This document shows positions 48,982 through 56,521 of a stretch of 64,000 bases of DNA, piece by piece (positions within the stretch are counted from its first letter, which is position 1; the number at the start of each line of letters is the position of its first letter). Source of the DNA: Eubacteriales bacterium. GTDB lineage: Bacteria > Bacillota > Clostridia > Oscillospirales > CAG-272. The notes beneath the pieces are model-generated. The model ran no database searches. It worked only from the letters and a program-made list of their open reading frames with translations, and was not told the DNA's origin. The stretch is from the NCBI GenBank assembly GCA_045588675.1, contig JAZNER010000004.1:12498-76497 (forward strand), given 5' to 3'. The translations under genes and the position numbers were made by a program.

Positions 48982-49097
48982 TTTTAGTCTCCTTAAATTC
49001 TTTAATTTCTTTTTTGAGTGTTTCGCATATATTTATAAGCTCCTCAAGCTTTTTTGCGTCCACTTCGGAAGTGTGTTCCACATTTAATAAAAATTTG

Positions 49098-49436
49098 TCA
49101 TTGTTTTGTCACGGATTCGTCCGCGCGCTTGTATAGCTTTATCCAATCGTCAAAGCACATAGTAACAAGCCAGGGCTTATAAGACTGCCGGTGGAATACC
49201 GTCGGCGCACCGTTGTGAAACCGCTCCGCATCCTTGATAGCTTGTATCATAGCCCCGGAGAGGTTCAACCGCTCTACTCGCTTGACCTCAATATGTATGC
49301 CGGGCAACCCCGAGAGATCGGGAACGTCGCCGAAGGACAGAGAGCCGCCGCGCTCGATAGTATAACCGTGATCTCGGAGAAGGGCGGCCAGCTCGCGCTC
49401 ACCGTCCGCGCCTTTTCTTTGTGATGTTTTACCCAT
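49098..49436 (-). CDS. PD-(D/E)XK nuclease, Holliday-junction-resolvase-like
   Basis: I place the start at ATG 49436 (MGKTSQRKGADGERELAALLRDHGY), after an AAGGAGAG SD. GDVPDLSGLPGIHIEVK fits D...E-x-K. Confidence 0.55.
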   Translation of the reverse strand: MGKTSQRKGADGERELAALLRDHGYTIERGGSLSFGDVPDLSGLPGIHIEVKRVERLNLSGAMIQAIKDAERFHNGAPTVFHRQSYKPWLVTMCFDDWIKLYKRADESVTKQ

Positions 49437-49641
49437 TCCGCTCTCTCCTTTCGTAGTATTCAAGCAGCATCTTTGCTGTCGTGCATTCCTTCCACTTGTC
49501 GCAACAGTACGTTGCTAAATGCGACTTGATCGCCGTTTTATCTGGGAACCCTATGCGAGAGCTCTTTTCGCACGTGATCCTTAGCTCGTCGTCTGTGATA
49601 TAAAACGGACAATTAACCTTTCTGTGCCAGTATGAAGACAT
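49429..49641 (-). CDS. hypothetical Cys-rich 70-aa protein
   Basis: Cys residues at CPF..., ITCE and YCCDKWKEC. Coupled to flanking genes by overlapping start and stop codons. Confidence 0.5.
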   Translation of the reverse strand: MSSYWHRKVNCPFYITDDELRITCEKSSRIGFPDKTAIKSHLATYCCDKWKECTTAKMLLEYYERRERNG

Positions 49642-50474
49642 TAGCCCTCCTTGACCTTCTTGTTAAGGTCTGCCGTGATTTGTCTGCACCGTTCAAGGCG
49701 GCGGCTCTGATCACGGCGCAACTGTACCACCGGGCAAACGTTGTTGATACGGTCGAAGATCCTGCGCCTGCCTATGTCCTTTGTGCCGGTGAGCTCCGCT
49801 GCCGTGTAATTTGTGGTGACGATCAGAGGGACACCGCTCTCGGTCAGATTGTCGATGATATAACACTCCGTTTCGTTGGTGTAGCCGGTGACATTCTCCG
49901 CTCCGAGGTCGTCGATCATCACGAGATCATAAGAACAAAGGCGGTCCATGTACTCGCTTTTATCGGTTCTTGTCAGCTCGTCTTTCAGCGTGACGAACTC
50001 TGTCACCTTTACGCGATAGCCGCGGCTTATAAGCTCGTTGACAATACAGCAGGCAAGGAAAGTCTTGCCGTTGCCGGTTGTGGGAGAGCATAGCGTCAAC
50101 CCTTGACCGCTCTTGCGGTATTCCTCGAAATTGTCGCAGTATTCACGCACTTTTTTACTCGCTTCGGGATCTCCTCTGTCGTCGTTCTCAAAGGTGTAAT
50201 TTAACCGCTTGACCTTGCGACCGAAAACGGCGCGGCGACGTTGCTCGATTTGTTCCCAGTGTTTCTTTTCTTCCTCCGCTCTCCGAGCGTTCTCTGCACA
50301 TTGGCAAGTAGAGCGGACGATCCCAAATGGTGGTATATTGCTTTGCTTTGCTGTGCCGCATATCGTACAGTATATCAGACCGTCCTCGCCGAGTTTTTCG
50401 TTCTCTCCTGGATCCCTGTTTGATTCTGTCAAAGGTTTTATAAATCCGTCTTTTATAGCTTCGCCTAAGTCCAT
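49641..50474 (-). CDS. DnaC/IstB-like AAA+ helicase loader with N-terminal Cys cluster
   Basis: 277 aa. Walker A SPTTGNGKTF, Walker B DLVMIDDLGAE, N-terminal CTICGT...CQC. Confidence 0.75.
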   Translation of the reverse strand: MDLGEAIKDGFIKPLTESNRDPGENEKLGEDGLIYCTICGTAKQSNIPPFGIVRSTCQCAENARRAEEEKKHWEQIEQRRRAVFGRKVKRLNYTFENDDRGDPEASKKVREYCDNFEEYRKSGQGLTLCSPTTGNGKTFLACCIVNELISRGYRVKVTEFVTLKDELTRTDKSEYMDRLCSYDLVMIDDLGAENVTGYTNETECYIIDNLTESGVPLIVTTNYTAAELTGTKDIGRRRIFDRINNVCPVVQLRRDQSRRLERCRQITADLNKKVKEG

Positions 50475-50477
50475 AAC

Positions 50478-51173
50478 TTAATCCTCCCCCCAAAAAACTT
50501 TCATATCCTCGTCGGGATCGTACTTAGCAGCTCCGGTCTGTTCATCCTCCCACTGACCGCGATTCAGCCACGTTGCCGGATAGGGGATAAACTTGCCGTT
50601 CTCCTTCGTCCAGTTCTCCCAGGTCTTCTGATCCTCGATAGCCGAGATCATAACCGCAAGAAGATCCTCCGAGGGCTTTATCTTTTTAAATGCCCTGAGA
50701 GCGTCAGCCTTGCCCCTCTTGTTCGGGTAAACCTTCCAAAACCGCTCAAAGCGCCCCTCAACGACGTTAGTCGGTTGAGGAATACTCTTTTTTACAGTGG
50801 ATTTTATGTCTGTAGTAGAATCATAATCATTATCATTATCGTAATCATTATCATAATCATTATCATATTCATTATCGGTATGTTTGGTATCCACCGTATT
50901 CGATGGTATACGGTCGTATACGGTCGTATTCCAACGTTTACTGATGTTAGCCCGATTCTTCTCACACACCGCTTGATACTTTGCGTCGTCTATTTCGAAC
51001 TGATCGCAGATCACACCGAAGACAGCTTCTGTCGCCGGGCTTAATTCCGTCCGCACAAATCCGCTCGTCTTATATTCCAATATCGCCGTCAGCAGCTTTC
51101 CACGCTCCTCGATCGTCAGGCGAAGGATCGCCTTGCCGTGCTGTGGGTACAGCAAAAAAGGCTTACTATTCAC
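50478..51173 (-). CDS. putative replication initiator / replisome-organiser-like protein with an acidic (Y/N-D)n linker
   Basis: 231 aa, positioned upstream of the loader. The YQAVCEKNRANISKRWN and FERFWKVYPNKRGK...ATWLNRGQWEDE motifs are common in Firmicute phage replication modules. This assignment is from memory, not verified. Confidence 0.45.
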   Translation of the reverse strand: MNSKPFLLYPQHGKAILRLTIEERGKLLTAILEYKTSGFVRTELSPATEAVFGVICDQFEIDDAKYQAVCEKNRANISKRWNTTVYDRIPSNTVDTKHTDNEYDNDYDNDYDNDNDYDSTTDIKSTVKKSIPQPTNVVEGRFERFWKVYPNKRGKADALRAFKKIKPSEDLLAVMISAIEDQKTWENWTKENGKFIPYPATWLNRGQWEDEQTGAAKYDPDEDMKVFWGED

Positions 51174-51358
51174 TCGCTCACCCCCCTCGCCTTATCCTCA
51201 AGCCATTTTTCAAGAGCTCGCCGCGGTATCAACGCCCTACGCCCGATATACACCACCGGGAACCCCGGTTCTCTTATGAGCTTATAAGCGTATGATCGGG
51301 AGATACTGAGAGCTGCCGCGAGATCTTCAACGGTGAGCGCCATTTTATCGTCCGTCAT
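51170..51358 (-). CDS. excisionase-family HTH DNA-binding protein
   Basis: 62 aa: LTVEDLAAALSISRSYAYKLIREPGFPVVYIGRRALIPRRALEKWLE. Confidence 0.75.
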   Translation of the reverse strand: MTDDKMALTVEDLAAALSISRSYAYKLIREPGFPVVYIGRRALIPRRALEKWLEDKARGVSE

Positions 51359-51506
51359 TCTTATTGTCGCCCTCCAGCTTTTCGCGTGCCTTCTTTTCCC
51401 AGTACCGTCTTCTGTACTCTCTGACCTTTTCCTTGTTCTTCTTGCGCCACTCGTTTTGGTACTCTCGCGCCGCTTGCTTCGCCTTCAATTCAATCTTTGT
51501 GTCCAT
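51345..51506 (-). CDS. hypothetical basic 53-aa protein, first gene of the leftward operon
   Basis: My translation is MDTKIELKAKQAAREYQNEWRKKNKEKVREYRRRYWEKKAREKLEGDNKNDGR. An AGGTGA SD precedes it, and it overlaps the xis-like start. Confidence 0.45.
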   Translation of the reverse strand: MDTKIELKAKQAAREYQNEWRKKNKEKVREYRRRYWEKKAREKLEGDNKNDGR

Positions 51507-51545
51507 AATTCACCTGCTTTCTTGTTATTTTCTTTTACTTTTATC

Positions 51546-51574
51546 TTGACAAGGTATGATTCTTGTGCTAAAAT
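51546..51574 (+). promoter_or_regulatory. rightward promoter (repressor-integrase operon)
   Basis: TTGACA (51546-51551), 17 nt, TAAAAT (51569-51574). Confidence 0.6.
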
Positions 51575-51575
51575 G

Positions 51576-51604
51576 ATTATACCATAGGCAAAAGTAAAAG
51601 TCAA
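51576..51604 (-). promoter_or_regulatory. leftward promoter (xis-replication-giant gene operon)
   Basis: The minus strand reads TTGACT (51599-51604), 17 nt, TATAAT (51576-51581). Its -10 box abuts the -10 box of the rightward promoter. Confidence 0.6.
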
Positions 51605-51660
51605 GCAAAAATAACAATTATTTTAAAAAGCAAGAAAAACAAACAAACGAGGGTGATTTT

Positions 51661-52374
51661 ATGAACAAAGCAATAAACAATTACGACGCTGACAGCATTT
51701 TTCCGTCAAGGCTCCGTTCTCTGATGGATGAAAAAAAGGTTACTCAAGCAGAGCTCGCAAAGATCTGCGGCGTTCAAAGACAGTCGGTGGCGCAGTGGAG
51801 AGAAGGAAACACGCGCCCGGATATTCTTTCTCTTGGCAAGATCGCCGAGTACTTCGGTGTGTCTGCTGATTATCTTATAGGGCTAACGGATAATAAGACT
51901 ACTAACAAGGCAACGCTTGAAACTTGCGCGACATTGGGCATCACTGAAAAATCCGTTGAATTTTTATCGGATCCCAAAAATGAATATTACAGACACGGCA
52001 TTGATGTTCTGATCTCCCAGCATATAGATTCAACTCCGGAAGATCCAGAGATCCTCCCTCTGAGATCTTCTATATTGCAGAGCTTGACCGCCTTGTTTTA
52101 TATGGTGGAATCTGAAAAGGATGTATTTATAAACTACGGAGAGGGAGGGCTTAAATGTCAAGGTGGCAACATTAGCACGGTAAATATTAGAGTGCCTGAG
52201 GTTGTCGGCTTAAATCCCGACGAGAGATACACGATCTCGCTACTTGAAGCGGAGTGTTTGATAGAAAAAAGCTATATCGACGCGGCGCTTTCTGATATTA
52301 TTATTCAAGCAAGCAACCGAAATATCGTAAGAAGATACAAGGAGGCGCAGAAACAGAAAGATGAAACAACGTAA
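51661..52374 (+). CDS. cI-like XRE-family repressor with a C-terminal domain of unknown type
   Basis: 237 aa: LRSLMDEKKVTQAELAKICGVQRQSVAQWREGNTRPD. Its end overlaps the integrase start by 14 nt. Confidence 0.8.
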   Translation: MNKAINNYDADSIFPSRLRSLMDEKKVTQAELAKICGVQRQSVAQWREGNTRPDILSLGKIAEYFGVSADYLIGLTDNKTTNKATLETCATLGITEKSVEFLSDPKNEYYRHGIDVLISQHIDSTPEDPEILPLRSSILQSLTALFYMVESEKDVFINYGEGGLKCQGGNISTVNIRVPEVVGLNPDERYTISLLEAECLIEKSYIDAALSDIIIQASNRNIVRRYKEAQKQKDETT

Positions 52375-53500
52375 CGCCAAGGGTAACGGCTCGATCAGAC
52401 AACGCCCGGACGGAACGTGGGAAGCTCGGTGCTCTATCGACGGTAAGCGGCGCAGCTTCTACGGTGAGCGGCAAGCTGACGCGCTGAAGGCTATGAGAGC
52501 GGCGCAGAAGTCCGGCGACGACGGCACCTATTTTGAGCCGAAAAAGGTGCAGCTCTCACAGTGGCTCGACCTATGGCTTGAGGAATACATCAAGCCGTCA
52601 AGTAAGCCGCTGACATACACCACATATCAAAGCCGAATCGAAACGCACATCAAGCCTGCGCTCGGAAGAATAAAGCTGACCGCTCTGAACGCTACGCACA
52701 TACAAGCGTTTTATAATGACCTGCTGCGTAACAAGCAGCTAAGCCCTAAGACAATAAAGAACGTCCACGGCATACTCCACAAAGCACTCGATCAAGCTCT
52801 CAAGCTCCGCTACATAGGACTGAACGCCGCCGACGCGTGCACGTTGCCGAGAGTAGAGAAAAAGGAGATCAGACCGCTCTCTGAGGGCGAGATCGCCGCA
52901 TTTCTGGAAGTCATACAAGAGGATTCTCTGCGAGATCTGTTTACCGTTGCACTGTTCACCGGCATGAGAGAGGGCGAGATTTGCGGCCTACCGTGGAGCG
53001 CGGTGGATTTCAGAAAGGGCACGATCACCGTCAAGCAACAGCTCTGTAAGGAAAAAATAAAAGGTGGTAAGCATTACATAGCACCCACCAAAAACGACAA
53101 ATCAAGAACGCTAACCCCTGCGCCCTTTGTGCTTGAGATCTTGCGAAGGACCAAACGCGAACAGCTCGGCGCGGCTCTTGCATTCGGGCCCACTTGGACA
53201 AATGAGTTTGATCTTGTATTCACGGACAACGTCGGGCACTTCATCGTGCCTCAGACCGCACTAAAACACTTTAAGGCTGCAGCTGAAAAGATAGGCCGTC
53301 CGGATGCGCGCTTTCACGATCTGCGCCACACATACGCCGTGACTGCTCTCCAAGAGGGCGACGACGTGAAGACGGTGCAGCAGAATCTCGGACACGCTAC
53401 GGCCAGCTTTACCCTCGACGTTTACGGCCACGTTTCGGAGAAAATGAAGAAGGAGAGCGCGGCGCGTATGCAGTCTTACTTTGAAAAAATCAAAGCGTAA
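52361..53500 (+). CDS. int: tyrosine recombinase (phage integrase family)
   Basis: 379 aa. SAM-like N-terminal domain, then TGMREGE (R), HDLRHT (H-x-x-R) and LGHATASFTLDVYGH (catalytic Y). Confidence 0.93.
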   Translation: MKQRNAKGNGSIRQRPDGTWEARCSIDGKRRSFYGERQADALKAMRAAQKSGDDGTYFEPKKVQLSQWLDLWLEEYIKPSSKPLTYTTYQSRIETHIKPALGRIKLTALNATHIQAFYNDLLRNKQLSPKTIKNVHGILHKALDQALKLRYIGLNAADACTLPRVEKKEIRPLSEGEIAAFLEVIQEDSLRDLFTVALFTGMREGEICGLPWSAVDFRKGTITVKQQLCKEKIKGGKHYIAPTKNDKSRTLTPAPFVLEILRRTKREQLGAALAFGPTWTNEFDLVFTDNVGHFIVPQTALKHFKAAAEKIGRPDARFHDLRHTYAVTALQEGDDVKTVQQNLGHATASFTLDVYGHVSEKMKKESAARMQSYFEKIKA

Positions 53501-53506
53501 AATTCT

Positions 53507-53528
53507 ATAAGGGGTATAATAAGGGGTA
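53507..53528 (+). repeat. two AAGGGGTATAA copies (putative arm-type sites, right arm)
   Basis: ATAAGGGGTATAATAAGGGGTA, identical to 37452-37473. Confidence 0.6.
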
Positions 53529-53562
53529 TAACCCCAAAAAGCGCCCTAAAATAACAAAATAA

Positions 53563-53609
53563 AAAACCTTGAAATTCCTTATGATTAAAGGATTTTCAAG
53601 GTTTTTTAT
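53563..53609. terminator. bidirectional terminator between int and the tRNA 3' end
   Basis: AACCTTGAAATTCCTT-loop-AAAGGATTTTCAAGGTT, flanked by an A-run and a T-run. Confidence 0.65.
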
Positions 53610-53612
53610 TAT

Positions 53613-53635
53613 TGGCGGAGAAGGAGAGATTCGAA
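53613..53635. repeat. attR: 23-bp core inside the tRNA-Ser 3' end
   Basis: Identical to 37303-37325. Confidence 0.9.
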
Positions 53636-53704
53636 CTCTCGAACCGCTTTTGACGGTTACACGATTTCCAATCGTGCGCGCTCGACCAGCTACGCGACTT
53701 CTCC
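53613..53704 (-). tRNA. tRNA-Ser (anticodon GGA), CCA encoded
   Basis: GGAGAAGTCGCGTAGCTGGTCGAGCGCGCACGATTGGAAATCGTGTAACCGTCAAAAGCGGTTCGAGAGTTCGAATCTCTCCTTCTCCGCCA folds by hand into a cloverleaf. It has a 7-bp acceptor stem, anticodon stem CACGA/TCGTG with loop TTGGAAA, a long variable arm and T-arm GAGAG/CTCTC. Confidence 0.92.
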
Positions 53705-53744
53705 AAAGCTGATATTTTTCGTCGCTTTTCTTTGCGACTTTAAT

Positions 53745-53773
53745 ATCATACCACAAAAAACTGCTTTTGTCAA
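53745..53773 (-). promoter_or_regulatory. tRNA-Ser promoter
   Basis: The minus strand reads TTGACA (53768-53773), 17 nt (ending in TGG), TATGAT (53745-53750), about 40 nt upstream of the tRNA 5' end. Confidence 0.65.
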
Positions 53774-53842
53774 TATCTTTTCTAAAAAAATTTGCCTATC
53801 CTTATCTGTTTTGCTTTTTCGTCAGGGCGGTGGCACTATGCA

Positions 53843-53907
53843 TTACAAAATGCTGTTGCAAAATGTTATCGCAAAATTCTATTGCGAAATGCTCTTGCAA
53901 AATGCCA
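53843..53907. repeat. five tandem 13-nt repeats (TTGCAAAATGNNN) bracketed by an inverted repeat
   Basis: Units are ttacaaaatgctg, ttgcaaaatgtta, tcgcaaaattcta, ttgcgaaatgctc and ttgcaaaatgcca. The flanking arms are CAGGGCGGTGGCA (53823-53835) and TGCCACGCCCTG (53903-53914). Confidence 0.8.
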
Positions 53908-53936
53908 CGCCCTGCAAAAATAATTAATAAAAGAAA

Positions 53937-56483
53937 TTAATCAATAGAAATAACCTTATAGCCTTGCTCCTCGACCGTTTTTTTCAAAAGGTCGTCTGAA
54001 ACAGCGGCTTTAAGGGTAACTATGGCAGTTCCCTTTTCGTGACTTACCTCTGCAAGCTCAACCTCGCCGAGAGCTTCAAGTGTTTTCTTTACTCTTCCCG
54101 AGCAATGCGGACACATCATTCCTTCGATTGTCATAGTTTTCGTCATAATAAATTCCTCTTTTTCATTATTTAATTCTTCTATAGCAAGAATTTTTTTATG
54201 TCTTCTTCTCTGCGGCTTGTCTAAAGAAACAAAATTCAACCTTAAAGCGTTAGTTACTACGCAAAAGCTTGACAGCGACATAGCAAGCGCTCCGAACATT
54301 GGATTCAACTCCAGATTGAACAGCGGAATCCACACGCCTGCGGCAAGCGGAATTCCTACTATATTATATATAAATGCCCAAAACAGATTTTGATGAATAT
54401 TTTTCAAGGTCGCGCGGCTTAATTTCAGTGCTCGAGGCAAGTCGGCAAGGCTGCTATTCATAAGCACGACATCCGCCGAATCAATTGCTATATCTGTTCC
54501 TCTGCCGATAGCGATTCCCGTGTCGGCGGTGGCAAGCGCAGGAGAGTCGTTGATTCCGTCACCTACCATTATTACCTTGCCGTGCTTTTGTAGGGCCTTG
54601 ACGACATCAGCCTTTTCGGCGGGCATTACCGACGCAATCACCTTGTCGACCCCCGCGACCGAGGCTATTGCCTTAGCGGTAGTACGGTTATCGCCCGTCA
54701 GCATAACAACAAACATTCCCATATTCTGCAATTCCTTGATTGCCGAAGGACTGTCCTCTTTGATTGTATCAGCAACTCCGATAATTCCCACAAGCCTATC
54801 CTCAAGCGCAAAAAACATAGGCGTTTTTCCGCTTTCGGCAAGCTTTTCGGCATCTGCTCTGAGTTTTGCAAGCGAGCCTTTATCAGAAACAAGGCTCTCG
54901 ATAAATTTGAGATTTCCGCCCGAAATTCTATTTCCGTCAGAGTCCTTTGCCTCAACTCCCTTTCCCGAAATTGTGGAGAAGTTGTTTACAGGCATAATTT
55001 TTATATGCTTATCATTTGCATACCTTACGATAGCCTTGCCAAGAGGGTGCTCGCTCATCTCTTCGACCGAAGCGGCAAGCGATATTAAATATTCACTGTC
55101 AAAATCGTCTGTCGGCAGAATGTTGGTCACCGACATTTCTCCTTTTGTTATCGTGCCGGTTTTGTCAAGACAAACAATCTCTGCCTGTCCGCAGGCTTCA
55201 AGAGATGCGGCAGTTTTAAACAAAATTCCTTTTTTCGCACCAACTCCGCTACCCACCATAATGGCGACGGGCGTTGCAAGACCGAGTGCACAGGGGCAGC
55301 TGATTACAAGCACCGAAACGGCGCGAGAAAGAGAGAAGCCTATGCTCTCTCCTGCCAGAAGCCATACAAATCCTGACAAAAGCGCAATCGCGATAACAAC
55401 CGGAACAAAAACACCTGAAACCTTATCGGCAATTTTTGCAATAGGCGCTTTTGTTGCAGAGGCGTCGCTGACGATTTTAATAATTTGCGAGAGCGTTGTG
55501 TTCTCTCCAATACGCCTTGCCGAGCACTTGACATATCCCGACAAATTAATTGTTCCCGCAGAAACGGAATCGCCTATATTTTTGTCCTGAGGCAAGCTTT
55601 CTCCTGTTAATGCCGATTCGTCAACAGCTGAGCAGCCTTCAACAACGACTCCGTCAGCCGCAAAGCTCTCACCGGGCTTCACAACAAAAATGTCATCTAT
55701 TCTGAGCTCGTCAGCCGAAACAATCCTTTCTTCGCCGTCAATCAGAACTGTAGCTTTCTTTGGCGACATATCGAGAAGAGCGCGGAGCGCCGAGGTGGTT
55801 CTTCCTTTAGAAATCGACTCGAGCATTTTGCCTACCGTAATCAAGGAAAGAATCATTGCCGCCGACTCAAAATAAAGGTCGTGAAGACCGTGCATAGCTA
55901 AGTCATAATTGCCCTCTGAGATAGCCTTCGTCATAGAAAACAGTACACAGACACTATAAACAAACGACGCTCCCGAGCCAAGCGCAACCAAGGAGTCCAT
56001 ATTGGGAGCCTTGTGCAGAAACGCGCGGAAGCCGCTCACAAAAAATCTGTTATTGATAATTATAATGATTGCCGAGAGGATTAGCTGCAACAAGCCAAGT
56101 CCTATGGGGTTTTGGGCAACTGATTGCGGTAGATACCAGCCCCACATAATATGTCCCATTGATATATACATCAATGCCGCAAGAAAGATTATTGAGGAAA
56201 CAAGTCGGACAAGCAAAGCCTTTGTTTCCTTGCTGTAAAGCAAATCGGCAGGCTCTTTTTCTTCCCTGCCGTTTTGTTTATTATTCGTATCGGCTTGCGC
56301 GCCGTAGCCTGCTTCAGTTACGGCTTTGATTATTATCTCGTCAGAGGTGTCGCCCTCAACTCCCATTGTGCCTGTCAACAGGCTGACAGAGCAGGACTTG
56401 ATTCCGTCAAGTGAGGAAACCGCTTTTTCAACCCTTGTCGAGCAAGCGGCGCAGGACATACCCGTAACGGTAAATTTTCTCAT
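53937..56483 (-). CDS. copA: copper-translocating P1B-type ATPase with N- and C-terminal HMA domains
   Basis: 848 aa: GMSCAACSTRVEKAV, CPC, DKTGTIT, GDGINDSPAL. A second HMA domain (GMMCPHCSGRVKK) is fused in frame at the C-terminus. Confidence 0.93.
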   Translation of the reverse strand: MRKFTVTGMSCAACSTRVEKAVSSLDGIKSCSVSLLTGTMGVEGDTSDEIIIKAVTEAGYGAQADTNNKQNGREEKEPADLLYSKETKALLVRLVSSIIFLAALMYISMGHIMWGWYLPQSVAQNPIGLGLLQLILSAIIIIINNRFFVSGFRAFLHKAPNMDSLVALGSGASFVYSVCVLFSMTKAISEGNYDLAMHGLHDLYFESAAMILSLITVGKMLESISKGRTTSALRALLDMSPKKATVLIDGEERIVSADELRIDDIFVVKPGESFAADGVVVEGCSAVDESALTGESLPQDKNIGDSVSAGTINLSGYVKCSARRIGENTTLSQIIKIVSDASATKAPIAKIADKVSGVFVPVVIAIALLSGFVWLLAGESIGFSLSRAVSVLVISCPCALGLATPVAIMVGSGVGAKKGILFKTAASLEACGQAEIVCLDKTGTITKGEMSVTNILPTDDFDSEYLISLAASVEEMSEHPLGKAIVRYANDKHIKIMPVNNFSTISGKGVEAKDSDGNRISGGNLKFIESLVSDKGSLAKLRADAEKLAESGKTPMFFALEDRLVGIIGVADTIKEDSPSAIKELQNMGMFVVMLTGDNRTTAKAIASVAGVDKVIASVMPAEKADVVKALQKHGKVIMVGDGINDSPALATADTGIAIGRGTDIAIDSADVVLMNSSLADLPRALKLSRATLKNIHQNLFWAFIYNIVGIPLAAGVWIPLFNLELNPMFGALAMSLSSFCVVTNALRLNFVSLDKPQRRRHKKILAIEELNNEKEEFIMTKTMTIEGMMCPHCSGRVKKTLEALGEVELAEVSHEKGTAIVTLKAAVSDDLLKKTVEEQGYKVISID

Positions 56484-56521
56484 AAATACCTCATAAGCCT
56501 AAAAAATAATATTTTTCCAAA

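Larger units (their letters stand above)
37303..53635. mobile_element. integrated tRNA-Ser-targeting element, phage-satellite/PICI-like (16.3 kb)
   Basis: Perfect 23-bp att repeats and a tyrosine integrase next to the intact tRNA. A repressor/Xis switch, replication module and TerS-like gene are present. No virion or lysis genes are recognisable. Confidence 0.8.

Noticed and set aside
48985-49097. Possible 35-aa GTG-initiated ORF (VEHTSEVDAKKLEELINICETLKKEIKEFKETKND) between the resolvase-like gene and the 331-aa gene.
   Set aside because: It is very short with a non-ATG start and no clear SD. I cannot support it from sequence alone.
53843-53907. Tandem repeat considered as a CRISPR-like or minisatellite array.
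   Set aside because: The units are 13 nt with no spacers, there are only five copies, and no cas genes are present. It is reported as an unexplained repeat instead.
54520-55590. 356-aa plus-strand ORF inside copA. Likewise 18407-19213 inside the CapD-like gene, 22624-23205 inside the YitT-like gene and 49632-50093 inside the DnaC-like gene.
   Set aside because: They are antisense shadows of well-supported genes, with Ser/Pro/Ile-rich low-complexity translations.
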